Source of the DNA: Gekko japonicus | Taxonomy: Eukaryota | Direction: 5' to 3' | DNA length: 64,000 nt | NCBI RefSeq assembly: GCF_001447785.1 | Contig: NW_015160909.1 | Location: 90,080-154,079, forward strand | Shown here: one piece after another, positions 38,888 to 50,847 of the stretch | Layout of the letters: each line of letters starts with the position of its first letter | Position numbering within the stretch: position 1 is the stretch's first letter | The notes under the pieces: generated by a model | Database searches by the model: none | What the model saw: only the letters and a program-made list of their open reading frames with translations | What the model was told of the DNA's origin: nothing | Made by a program: the position numbers and the translations under genes

Positions 38888-41800
38888 ATTTACTTCAACT
38901 TCTATCCCACCCTCCCCCACAAGCAAGCTCAGGGTGGGTCTCAACATTCTTAAAACCATACAGAATTATTTCAAACAGAATATGATAACTAAAACAGTTA
39001 TAAAAAGTTTGTACACATAAAAGCCTTAGAAGGCACCAGTTAAACAATTTACTGAACAGGATGAGGTTCCAGTTTAAACAGTTAAGGAGAAGCGGGTGGG
39101 TGAATAAGCAGCTAAGATGGACTATAATGCTGCTTGGCATAGCTAAACTAAGCAGAGAAGTGCAGGGCAGGGGAGAGCACTGTGGTTGAGCTGTCACCAC
39201 TTCAACCATAGGCCTGGTGGAACACCTCCGTTTTAAAGCCCCTGCGAAACTCAATACATCCCATAAGGCCCAGATCTCACTAGGGAGGGTGTTCCACCAG
39301 GCTGGCACCAGAGCTGAAAAGGCTCTGGCTCTTGTCAAGGCTAGGCAGACATCTTTGGGGCCAGTGACAACCAGTAGATGTGGAGTGGAAAAGCACAGGG
39401 CCCTTTGGGGCTGTATATATAGAGAGACAGTCCTGCAGTCCATATAGGGCTTTAAATGTAATAATCAAGACCTTGAACTTGACATGGAATTCAACTAGGA
39501 GCAATGCAGCTGGTGAAGCACCGGATGTGTGTGTGCTCTTAGGGGTGTCCCTGTAAGAACACATGCTGCTGCTTTTTGGGCCAGCTGCAGTTTTGGGCAA
39601 CTTTGTAGAGCAAATTACAGTAATCCAGCCTGGAGGTGACTGCTGCATGGAAAGGTAGGGGACCAGTTGCTTGACCTGCCACAGATGGAAAAAGGGAGAT
39701 CTCACAACTGCTGTGACCTGGGACTCCAGGAAATGTGAGGAATCCAGGACCACACCCAAACTCTTTATCACTGGCACAGGTATTAGCTGCACCCTGTCCA
39801 GTGTTGGGAGCTGGATCCCTGCCCCAGTCACTCCACAACCCAGGTACAGGATTTCCACCTTCATTTGGCTCTTCTTAAGCCATGCAGCCATGGCATTCAA
39901 ACCCTCAGTCAGAATGTCTAGGGTGGTATCTGGATGGCCATCCATCATCAGATACAGCTCAGTGTCATCAGCTTACTGATGACAACCCATCCCAAACTTT
40001 CAGACTATCTGGGCAAGGGGGCACATATAGATATAAAATAACATAGGGGAGAGGATCACCCCCTGGGAGATGCTGCATATACCAAAGGGTAATGTGGTGA
40101 TGTTCTCTCCCCAAGTGCTACCCTTTGTCCCTGACTGTGGAGAAATGAGACCAGCTACTGCAAAACTTTCCCACATATCCCTGGGTCAGTGAGGCAGTGG
40201 GTCAGGAGGTCATAATTGACCATGTCAAATGCTGTCGTTAGGTCTAATAACAACAACAGTACCAACCCATGCAGATGATACCAAAGATTGTCGGTGATGG
40301 TGACCAGTGCCATCTCCATCCCGTAAACAGGACAAAAGCTGGCCTGGAATAGGTCCAGGATAGAGGAATCTTCTAGGAAACCCTGGAGCTGTTTGGCTAC
40401 CGCTCTCTCAACTACATTACTCAGAAATGGAAAGTTTGAGATTGGGCGGTAGTTGGCTGGATCTAAAGGGTCCAGGGATGGTTGATGGTTGTCATGGGTC
40501 TGTTGTCTGTTGAGGCTGACTACTCCTCAGATGAGGAAGAGGCATGGAGCAACCCAGCCTCCTCTGGAGTCAGCCCAGAAGAGGAACCCTTAACAGCACC
40601 TGAGGGAGAAGAAGCCCCAGCAGCTGCACAGGAGGTGCAGCCAGAGGGAGAGACTGATCCAGAGCCTGGCCCAGCACCCCCAGGCGGAGACACCCCGAGG
40701 CCAGAATCCCCACCTAGTTCTCCTGAGTGCCCCAGACGCAGGGCATGCCAGCAGCTGAATGTGCAAGAGTGAAGGAAGAGTGCCAGACTGCAGCTCTTGC
40801 AAAGACAATGTGAGGGGCTGTGAGTCTTGGCAGATTGACTCCCAGGGAAGGGAGGACCTGGTCATAAACACCCCCATGTACCTGCCTCAGCACGGAAGCA
40901 ACTGTGCATGCTTCCACCTGATCCTGGCTGTCAGCCTCTGCTCCTTGCTCATAGCTCCTGCAACCTTTGACTGATTTTATGGCTTTCTGACCTTCGGCTC
41001 TGTTGCTTGACTTTCGGACTGCGTATCCATTTTCCAGTGCATGGTATCCATGAAGAACGGCTGACCCAGCACAATGATATTCACTGGGGGGGGGGCATAT
41101 TCCATCATTGCCAGCTTTCACTAGCCATTATAGACATGGGCCCAAGAGGCAAGTGGTGGGCTTCACAACATGCAGTATCCTGTCAACCTCCCTGGGAGAG
41201 CTGGCTGAAGCGGTCCAGTCTTGAACACAGCCAAGGGGCCTCTAGTTTTTGTACTGTATCAATAGTGGCTGGCAGGTTGTGGCAGAGTGACACGATTTCA
41301 TCTGCAAAATAGCTTCCAGAAAGCCTCACAGCTTATTAGCCAATTTAGTATCTTTCTGGGGTCCCTCTGAGAGGGATGTAAGTGACTGAATTACTTTAAA
41401 CAATTGAGCCAGGTGAGAACTTGCAGATGCAACAGAAGCTGCATAGAATTCCTTCTTTGTGGCTTTCACTGCCACCTCATAGACTTTCATAAATTTCCAA
41501 TAAGATGCTCTTGCAGCTCCAACAAGAGTCCGCTGCCACACTCGCTCCAGCCATCTCAGCTCCCATTTCATCTTTTGAAGCTCCTCAGTATACCAGGGAA
41601 CTAGTCTGGCATGGGGACTGAGAGGGCAACAGGGAGCAATCTTGTCAATGGCTTCAGAGAGACGATCATGCCAGTCCTCTACCAGCACATCTAAAGAGTC
41701 ACCATGAGGCACTGGATCCTGCAAAGCATCCTGGAATCCAGTGGGATCCATCAGTCCCACGGGTGAGCATAAATTAGCTCACCACCTAAACAAGGAGGCA
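38888..41800 (-). mobile_element. L2 LINE (3' UTR, RT and linker), interrupted by the solo LTR at 40490-41073
   Basis: TSRLDYCNLL, KFKVLIITFKAL, ADDTEL, RAFSALVPAWWNTLP, PWYTEEL motifs. Confidence 0.88.
40490..41073 (+). mobile_element. Gypsy-type solo LTR (584 bp)
   Basis: tgtcatgggtc...gacccagcaca; TSD atggt/atgat; TATA-like cataaa at ~40863; splits an L2. Confidence 0.8.
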
Positions 41801-42071
41801 TGATATGGGTGTGCTGAAGATTAACGTGTTACCTGATGAACAGGAACAAGTGTGAAGGAAGGGATGGCAGACATATGTTTCTGAGTCTGGGCCTGAATAT
41901 CTGTTGGTTTTAAGTTTCATCCTGGATTACAGCCTGAATAAAAAATACAGGATGATGTTTATTTATGTATTTATTTGCCTTTAACCTAATATTTATATAT
42001 TTATTTGCCTCTAACCACTGTATCCCACTGGCTCAGGTTGAGGAATTATACTAATATACAGGGAAATAATT

Positions 42072-42645
42072 ATTTGTTGTTGTTGTTGTTCAGTCGCACA
42101 GTCGAGTCGGACTCTTCGCAACCCCATGGACAAGATCATGCCAGGCCTTCCTGTCTTCTGCTGTCCTCTGAAGTGTGCTCAATTTCATGTTCGTTGCATC
42201 TATGACACTGTCTAACCATCTCATCCTTTGCCGTCCCCGTCTTCTTTGACCTTCAATCTTTCCCAGCATCAGGGTCTTCTCCAGTGAGTGCTCCCTTCTC
42301 ATTTGGTGGCCAAAGTATTTGAGCTTCAGTTTCATTATCTGGCCTTCCAGGGAGCAGTCAGGGTTGATTTCTTTTAGAATCGACTGATTTGATCTTCTTG
42401 CAGTCCAAGGGACTCTCAAGAGTCTTCTCCAGCACCATAGTTCAAAAGAATCTATTCTTCGGCGCTCGGCCTCCTTATAGTCCAACTCTCGCAGCCATAC
42501 ATGACTACTGGGAATACCATTGCTTTGACCATGCAGACTTTTGTTGGCAGGGTGATGTCTCTACTTTTTATCATGCTGTTTAGGTTCGCCATTGCTTTCC
42601 TCCCAAGGAGCAGACATCTTTTAATTTCATGGCTGCTGTCACAGT
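42072..42645 (-). mobile_element. BovB LINE 3' end
   Basis: RRIDSFELWCWRRLLRVPWTARRSNQSILKEI...; (CAA)n tail. Confidence 0.95.
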
Positions 42646-42847
42646 CCCTTTAAATCCCATGATTGCAGGCATTCAAAATTTCGATACATTTACTTCAGGC
42701 TTCTGCAAATGTCTGAGCAGAGTGAGGCTATTTACAGGACCGTAGTTGAAAGACACTACTGGTGCAATAGCAAATTGCTGGATTTGAATATTGGTTCAAG
42801 TAAAATCACTTTCAATTTAATTTATGTGCGGATTGCACACTGTAAAC

Positions 42848-42941
42848 CAGGGGTATTGAACTCATTTGTTATGACGGCCAGGTCTGACATAAACGAGACC
42901 TTGTTGGGCTGGGCCATGTGTGTCATAAAATGTAATGCCAG
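42848..42941 (+). mobile_element. hAT-Charlie-like element left end, running into the gap
   Basis: Similar to 20703-20790 (caggggt..aactcatttgtta..tctgacataaa). Confidence 0.75.
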
Positions 42942-43621
42942 NNNNNNNNNNNNNNNNNNNNNNNNNNNNNNNNNNNNNNNNNNNNNNNNNNNNNNNNNNN
43001 NNNNNNNNNNNNNNNNNNNNNNNNNNNNNNNNNNNNNNNNNNNNNNNNNNNNNNNNNNNNNNNNNNNNNNNNNNNNNNNNNNNNNNNNNNNNNNNNNNNN
43101 NNNNNNNNNNNNNNNNNNNNNNNNNNNNNNNNNNNNNNNNNNNNNNNNNNNNNNNNNNNNNNNNNNNNNNNNNNNNNNNNNNNNNNNNNNNNNNNNNNNN
43201 NNNNNNNNNNNNNNNNNNNNNNNNNNNNNNNNNNNNNNNNNNNNNNNNNNNNNNNNNNNNNNNNNNNNNNNNNNNNNNNNNNNNNNNNNNNNNNNNNNNN
43301 NNNNNNNNNNNNNNNNNNNNNNNNNNNNNNNNNNNNNNNNNNNNNNNNNNNNNNNNNNNNNNNNNNNNNNNNNNNNNNNNNNNNNNNNNNNNNNNNNNNN
43401 NNNNNNNNNNNNNNNNNNNNNNNNNNNNNNNNNNNNNNNNNNNNNNNNNNNNNNNNNNNNNNNNNNNNNNNNNNNNNNNNNNNNNNNNNNNNNNNNNNNN
43501 NNNNNNNNNNNNNNNNNNNNNNNNNNNNNNNNNNNNNNNNNNNNNNNNNNNNNNNNNNNNNNNNNNNNNNNNNNNNNNNNNNNNNNNNNNNNNNNNNNNN
43601 NNNNNNNNNNNNNNNNNNNNN
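42942..43621. other. assembly gap (680 N)
   Basis: Run of N. Confidence 1.
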
Positions 43622-44570
43622 CCCATTCTATTGTTTTCCTCTATTACTTTGCACTGTTCATTCAGGAAAACCTCCTTATCTCTCCTTGCTGTTCTCTGGA
43701 AATCTGCATTCAGTTGGGTAAATCTTTCCTATTCGCCTTTGCCTTTCGCTTTCCTTCTTTCCTCTGCTATTTGTAAAGCCTCATTAGACAGCCACTTTAC
43801 TTTCTAGCATTTCTTTTTCTTTGGGGTGGTGGTGATTGCTGCCTCCTGTACAATGTCACGAACCTCCGTCCATAGTTCTTCAGGCACTCTATCTATCAAA
43901 TCTAGACCCTTGAATACAGTAGAGGTGAAGAATACTGTATATTCATCAGGGATGCGATCTAGGTCGAACCTGAATGGCCTACTGGTTTTCCCAATTTTCT
44001 TCAGTTTAAGTCTGAATTTTGCAATGAGTAGCTCATGATCTGCACCACAGTCAGCTCCAGGTCTTGTTTTTACTGAGTGGATAGAGCTTCTCCATCTTTG
44101 ACTGCAAATTATATAGTCAGTTTGATTTCGGTGTTGCCCATCTGGTGATGTTCATGTGTAGAGTCGCCTTTTAGGTTGTTGGAGAAGGGTGTTCGCTATG
44201 ACCAGTGCGTTCTCTTGACAAAAATCTGTTAACCTTTGCCCTGCTTCATTTTGCTTTCCAAGGCCAGACTTGTCTGTTATTCCGGTTACCTTTTGACTTC
44301 CTACTTTAGCATTTCAGTCCCCTATGATCATAAGGACATCATTTTTTGGTGTTAGTTCTATGAGGTGTTGTAGGTCTTCATAGAACTGGTCCACTTCAGC
44401 CTCTTCTGCATCAGTGGTTGGGGCATAGACTTGGATTACTGTGATGTTGAATGATTTGCCTTGGAATCGGACCAAAATCATTCTGTCATTTTTGAGATTG
44501 TATCCCAGTACTGACTTTTGCACTCTCTTGTTGACTATAAAGGCCACACCATTTTTTCTACGAGATTCCT
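43622..44570 (-). mobile_element. BovB LINE endonuclease region
   Basis: NITVIQVYAPTTDAEEAEVDQFYEDLQ...IIGD; downstream RPGADCGADHELL. Confidence 0.93.
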
Positions 44571-44571
44571 G

Positions 44572-45340
44572 AATTTATTTATTTAATATATATCCTGCTC
44601 CCTCTCCCCCAAATGGGACACAGGGCAGCTAACAGCATATAAAATACATCCAATAAAAACAATACAAAAGATGCAATAAATAAATTTTAAAAATATAAAA
44701 CAATTAAAAATCTATCCCCATTAAAATCTATCCACTATCAAGCAGTGTGTGGATGGTGAAGACAAAGCTGAAGCCTACCAGCTGCCTGGTGGATCACAAT
44801 CACCTAAAGGCCACCCAAAAAAGAGCAGCCTTGTATGCCCTGCCAAACCCAGGAAGGTTCCACAAGGCATGCACCTCTTCAAGCAGCGGGTTCCACAGAA
44901 CACCCTTGTTGACAGTTTGTGGACCAGGACCTTTAATAAATGCTGAGATGAAGATTGGAGTAGATGGGGAGATCATACCGGGAGAGATGGTCCTGAAGGT
45001 ATGAGGATCCCAGCCTGTTTAGGGCTTTAAAGGTAAGTACCAACACTTTGGATTGGCACTGGAAACTAACTGGGAGTCAGTGCAGCTGCCATAGGTTACG
45101 TGTTATATGCACTGGCCAGGACATTCTTGTCAGCAATCTGGTAGCTGTGTTCTGGGCCACTTGCAGTTTCCAAAGCATTTTCAAAGATAGCCTTGCATCA
45201 AATGCATTACAGTAGTCCAGACTTGAGGTGACCATTGCATAAATTACCGTGGCCAGGTCTTCCCAAGACAGTTAGAGAGCCATTTATCAGGACTGGCGTA
45301 AATGGTAAGACACAGTCTTTTGTCACCGAGGATACATGTT
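44572..45340 (-). mobile_element. L2 LINE 3' fragment
   Basis: aataaataaat-type tail and L2 motifs (SSLDYCNA, KLQVAQN, VLTFKALN) on the minus strand. Confidence 0.75.
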
Positions 45341-47475
45341 TTTCATGGAGAGCAAAGACTGAAAGTACTGTGTCATACTTTGTGTGTTTCTTTTTTTCGG
45401 ATAACTGCTGCATTCCTGATGACTCGCCTGTCATGACTTTATAACTCCTTTGGCCAAAATGTTGTTAGCTTTGGTTTCAGTAATAATATAGCTTACAATT
45501 GAAGAATTTTGTCACAAGGCTTTTTTCTTGCTCACCAGCTGTATACAACGAAAAATGCCAAGATTTGTCCAAACCCATATGTTATCTTTGCGGTTTTATC
45601 ATTAAAACTTCTAGGAAATGATAAAATGCGAAGGAAAAAAGTTATCTACAAAGGTATCACCTTTTGCAGCACTCATGGAAGATCAAATGGATCTGTGGAT
45701 GTAACAGAAAGTAAATGGTGTGTGGAGGAGACAATTAAAAAGCAGACTAGAAAATAAAATAGGAACTGTACAAAGGGATGTGGAAAAGGTAATATTAGAT
45801 GTGAGAGGATTTTTAAAAGAGCTTTCACAAACTGGGTGTAAAATGTGCTAGTCGTTTTGAAAAATGAATCTTCCTCACTTCAAATGAAAGAAACAGCAAT
45901 GCTTCCTATGCTTGTTGCTGCTGAAAAATGGCATTCAAATATAACCAGCATGATCTTTGAGTCTGGACAGAAAATAAGAGAAGCCAATGTTGGATCAGGC
46001 CAATGGCCTATCCAGTCCAACACTCTGTCACACAGTAGCCAAAAATACCAGGTGTCACCGGGAAGTCCAGCAGTGGGGCCAGGACATTAGAAGCCCTCCC
46101 ACTATTAACCCCCCAAGCACCAAGAATACAGAGCATCACTTGCCCCAGAGTCTCTATCTATACCTTGTGGCTAATAGCCACCGATGGACCTCTGCTCCAT
46201 ATGCTTATCTAATTCCCTCTTGAAGCCGTCCATGTTTGTAGCTGCCACCACTTCCTGTGGCAGTGAATTCCATGTGTTAATCACTCTTTGGGTAAAGAAG
46301 TACTTCCTTTTATTTGTTCTAACCCGACCACTCAGCAATTTCATGGAGTGCCCAAGAGTTCTTGTATTGTGAGAAAGGGAGAAAAGTTCTCTACCTGCTC
46401 TTTCCCATGCATAATCTTATAAACCTCGATCATGTCACCCCTCAGCCCTCGTTTCTCCAAGCTAAGTTGAATCAACAGCCCTCGGCCTTTGCGGCCATTG
46501 GGCTGGATAAACAAATTTGCCACCCAGATGAGAGAGGCAGGCAGTCAGTTTGGGCACCAACAGGCCCATACGGGTATCTGGGGAGGAGGAGCCATAGGAT
46601 TTATAAGTCCGGCCCCTCCCCTGCTCAGGCAGCAGTTGTGCCAAGTCGTCGACCAGGGAGGAGCTCTGTCGAGTGGTGCGGTCATTGGCCTACCAGCGGG
46701 GGCTGTGCAGCTTGGGAGCTTCTCGTCTGGCCGGCGCTCGGTCGGGAGGCTTCGAGGGACGGAGTGTCCCTGCGGCCGGGAGCAGCAGTGCGTGTCACGG
46801 GAGCGGCTGACTGGTCGTCATCATCGGCGTGCCTAGCAGCTGCAGCAGCACAACGGCGGGATGGTGATTGCGGCAGCCACGGCGGACGAGGACACAGAGG
46901 GAGCGCATCGGGATGGCGAGGCATCTGGAGTCGACGATGTGGGCCAGTCAGGGCCTTTTGGCTGTTTGGGCAGAGCGGCGGCGGGCCCGCCTGTACAGGC
47001 GTCCTGCCTTCTGCGGGGCCTAGTTCGGTGGCACAGAGGGGGAAGGCCCTAAGGGGTAGAGGTCTGAGGATGGTGGTAGCAGCTCTGTGGGGGTTAGGCC
47101 GCTAGCTGGGTCTACCACCATCTTGGCTTGCTTGGCAGGGTCAGGCCACTGCCCTTTTCTGGGTCTGGGGCGACTGGGGGCTCCCTGCTGTGGGGAAATT
47201 TTTTCCTTGCCTCTGCAGCCTTTCCCACCCCCCATCCATCCCATCCTCCTTGCGGAGAAGTTGCTCTGGGTTGTCCGTGGGGGTTAGTGGGACTTGGGGA
47301 GCCTCTAATAGCCGGCAGGCCAAGCCTGTAGACGTTACGTATTAGTCACCGAGTGGCAGCCATCTTGGGTGTGGTTTGGCGGCCATTTTGTGTTTCCCCA
47401 GGGCAGTGGCCATTTTGTCTTCAGGGGCTTGGTGGCCATTTTGTCACACCTCAGTAATTAGTTTCACTTTTAGTT

Positions 47476-48834
47476 ATGGCTCCTAAGAAGGGTTCTGGTC
47501 ATTCAAAAGGCAAACAGCCGGCTCCTAAGCCAGCACCTAAGCGACTTGCTCCGGCGTTGTCTTCATCTGATGACGAGGATGATGGTGTACAGCGGGCCAT
47601 TTTGGACCACTTGTTGACTGTGGAGTCGGCTACTGGAGTCTCCACTCCTCCTGTGCGGCCGCCTGGAGGGGCCCGGGGAAGGAAAGAAACTCAGGCAGCT
47701 GCCAACAAGCGATTTCAGGCTGAAGTGCAAACACATTTATCTATTATAGAGGGGCGTACTGCCACACCAGTGGTTGATATGGAAAAAGCCGTTGGAAGCC
47801 AGGATGGTGTGCCTTCAGCAGCTAAGCCTTCAGGGCAGCAGAGCCCAGCACAGCCTGTGGCTGACTCTTCTTAGGCAGATGGTAAGTGTTGCACACACCA
47901 CACTGGGTGCGCCTGGCCTTGGGGCCACCCTGAATCTGAGGGGTTGGCTCCTTCCACTCCCAGCACTCCAGTGTGCAGCCCTGGGTGTGGGCAGGCCGGC
48001 CGCAACATTCCTCGTAAGTTGTCATCATCGGCACAGTGCTGCGCTGTTAATACACCATGGTGGGGTGGCCCCTCGCCATGTGGCGTGTCTTATGCAGGGG
48101 CTCCTGCCGCTGCCCTCCCTTTTGGGGACCTGGCACTGCCTTTGGGCGATCACCTGCTTTTGGCTACCAGGGATAAGATTTGTAGGGGTGAGTTTGTAGA
48201 TGTCTTTCCTCTACTGTACCGTGAATTGGACAAGAAGGAGAAGGAGGAGTTGGAGGAACCGGATAAGGAAAAGTATAGGGGAATGAGGGTGGATAAGACT
48301 TGGGCCAATTGGGTTGCTGGCTTTTTGATATATGTGGGCGTACTTTCTAAAGCGCAGCCCTATAGGGCAGCCGCGTTTTTCCGATACTTTGATATCCTTC
48401 ATAAGGGTTATACTGGCTTTACCGGCCCCGCTTGGCTTCAGTATGATGAGGAGTATAGGATGCGGGCAGCCATGAACCCTTCTTTGCGTTGGGACCAGAT
48501 CCACCCTCATCTATGCTTACAGGTGATGACCTCTTCTAGGCCAAATACTGGTGATGGTTCTCATAGCGGCCATTTAGTAGAACATGCGTTCACGCCTCTC
48601 GGTCCCTGCCAAGCGGTTCAACCCTGCCAGATTTGTTGGGAATTTGGGGCACAGGGAGTGTGCAACCATAAGGCATGCCAATATCGGCATGAGTGTCCTT
48701 TGTGCACAGACCCCCATCCCTTCTCCGCATGTTTCCGTGGAAAGCCTCAGCGAGGTCATAGGCGGCCAGAGGCAGGAGGTCCCGGGCAGGGGCATGGAAA
48801 GGGGGCCAACACCCAAAAGGTTGAAAGTGCTTAG
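47476..48834 (+). pseudogene. Ngaro-type gag-like ORF1 (disrupted)
   Basis: MAPKK start; WLQYDEEYRMRAAMNPSLRWD; C-terminal zinc finger CWEF...C...C.YRHEC..C...H. Confidence 0.85.
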
Positions 48835-49153
48835 GAAGTGGTTGCGCAGTTACCCTTGCCATAAGGGCAGTTTGTATTTGTTGGAATGTTTTTCTCAAGG
48901 TTTTCGCATTCCCTTTCAAGGTGTGAGGGGCCCTTTCATGGCATGCAACCTCCAGTCCTTAAAGGGTATGGAAAGCGTCGTTAGGGGCAAGATTGTGAAG
49001 GAGTTGAACGAAGGAAGGGTCCTGGGTCCTTTCCCTTCCCCTCCTGTTCCTAACCTCCGCGTTTCCCCTTTGGGCATTGTGCCCAAAAAAGCACCCAGGC
49101 AGTTTAGGTTGATTCACCACTTGTTCTATCCGAAGGGTGGCTCTGTTAATGAT
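48800..49153 (+). pseudogene. reverse transcriptase N-terminus, truncated
   Basis: GFRIPF...KELNEGRVLGPF...VSPLGIVPKK...FRLIHHL.YPKGGSVND; overlaps the gag end, as is typical of YR elements. Confidence 0.88.
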
Positions 49154-49478
49154 AGTAACAATTGATTGGCACAGTAATAAGTTAATACGGAGAACAAGAA
49201 AAACTGTGAAAAAGTGACGCTTAATATATGTCTTTAAAGAATCATAGAAAAGTGAACAAAAATATTATACATAATCATAGAAAAATATAGAAAAATATAT
49301 TGATGGTGATCTCCAGAATGTCTTGCCGTTTCGAAGGAAGATCTTCTTCTGAACAAAGATGTAGGACCTTATAAATACAACAATATACATCTTTGAAAGT
49401 CTGGAGATTATATAACTTGTTATAATATAATTAATAAAAAGAGTGGACCCTTACAAACAATGTCTCTCAGTAATTCAT

Positions 49479-50029
49479 ATCTGTGGGCACAGTTTTGTTT
49501 TTTGGGCGGCACACCATGCCAGACAAACAGCGATTTTGTCTCGGCCAGTGGGCTACGGTTGAGTGGTGGGGCCGTATGGGCTTACAGTGGTCTGGCCTGC
49601 TACACTTGTTATTTCAGGAAATGGTCGGCCCTCCACCACAGATTCTTGTTCTACATCTGGGTGGAAACAATTTGGGCTTAGTGAAAAGCCTTAATAATCC
49701 AAGCGCGGGATGATTTCCAAGCGATCCGCAGGCAGTGGCTGGAGACACTCTTAATTTGGTCAGCCATCGTACCTCGTAGAGTTTGGCGGGGAGCGATGAG
49801 TCCTTTGGCTATTGACAAGGCTCGCAGGAAGGCAAACCGAGAATTACAAAGAATCTTGGAGGGTGGCTTGGGCATGTTTCTGCCTCACCGAAATATTCAC
49901 CCGTGGTGGGCCGAGCTGTACCGGCAGGATGGGGTCCACCTGTCTGAACTGGGCATTGACATCTTTCTGGACAACCTACGGCAAGGGCTGTGGGTGGCCT
50001 TGGGCCTCCCGATGGGTGCGAAGGCCTAA
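49479..50029 (+). pseudogene. SGNH/GDSL hydrolase ORF (frameshifted)
   Basis: Block I ICGHSFVFWA, block III LHLGGNN, block V DGVHLS. Confidence 0.85.
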
Positions 50030-50847
50030 GCTGAGGCTTGGCCTTGGCGATGGCAGGGTTCTAGGCAGTATATAGGTTGCGGTACGGTGAGCACCAGCTG
50101 ACACCCATTTATTTGGGTTGAAGGGGTCTTGTGAGTACAGCCTTTTTGCCTGGCGGCACGGGGCAGAGAAAACAGACTGCCTATGGGAACACCCCATTGC
50201 GGTCCTCTCTTTGAACCTAGCGGCTTGGGGGTTGGACTATGGGGTTGTCCTGTAATGGCTAACCGGATGGGTGGGAGCCATCGCTGATGGCTCTGGCCTG
50301 GGGTTGGGTGGCTCGCCCTATGTTGAAGTTAAGGAAGGGGTCTTTGACCTTTGGCCTTGACCATACCGCTGAACAGTTTTGCCTTTGCCGTTGGTTACAG
50401 TTAAGGTTGTCAGTTAATAAAGTGGCCCAATATTTAAATCCAGCACTTGTGTCTGTCTCTTTATTTCATCTTGGGTGGCAAAGAGCTCCAAGCGCTTTAA
50501 CCTTTCTTAATACAGAAAGTGTTCCAACCCTTTTATCATTCGAGTTGCCCTTTTCTGCACTTTTTCCAAAGCTATAATATCCTTTTTAAGGTGTGGTGAC
50601 CAGAACTGCACACAGTATTCCAAATGAGGTCACAGCATTGATTTATATAGGGGCATTATGATATTGGCTGATCTGTTTTCAATACCCTTCCTAATAATCC
50701 CCTGCATAGCATTGGCCTTTTTTATTGCAGTCACACACTGTCAAGTTCTCACACTGACAAGTTCTCAGATACGCCTGATAACCACCTTAGCATTGGTCAG
50801 TCTGTGGTCTTTGGAATACTTTCTATTCGTGCTAGGAGAGAGGGAGT

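Larger units (their letters stand above)
46466..50480 (+). mobile_element. Ngaro/DIRS-class tyrosine-recombinase retrotransposon, internally deleted
   Basis: Gag-like ORF, RT N-terminus and SGNH ORF; no TSD (only an A-run overlap); boundaries fixed by the host CR1. Confidence 0.88.
45969..50742 (-). mobile_element. CR1 3' fragment split by the YR retrotransposon (45969-46465 and 50481-50742)
   Basis: Highly similar to the CR1 at 23571-24352; ctccaagcta|aagagc is rejoined when the insert is removed. Confidence 0.92.

Noticed and set aside
42709-43807. ORFs of 254-355 aa
   Set aside because: Artefacts of the N gap.
46362-47331. ORFs in the YR-element leader
   Set aside because: GC-rich leader sequence with no recognisable motifs; the longest starts in the flanking CR1.
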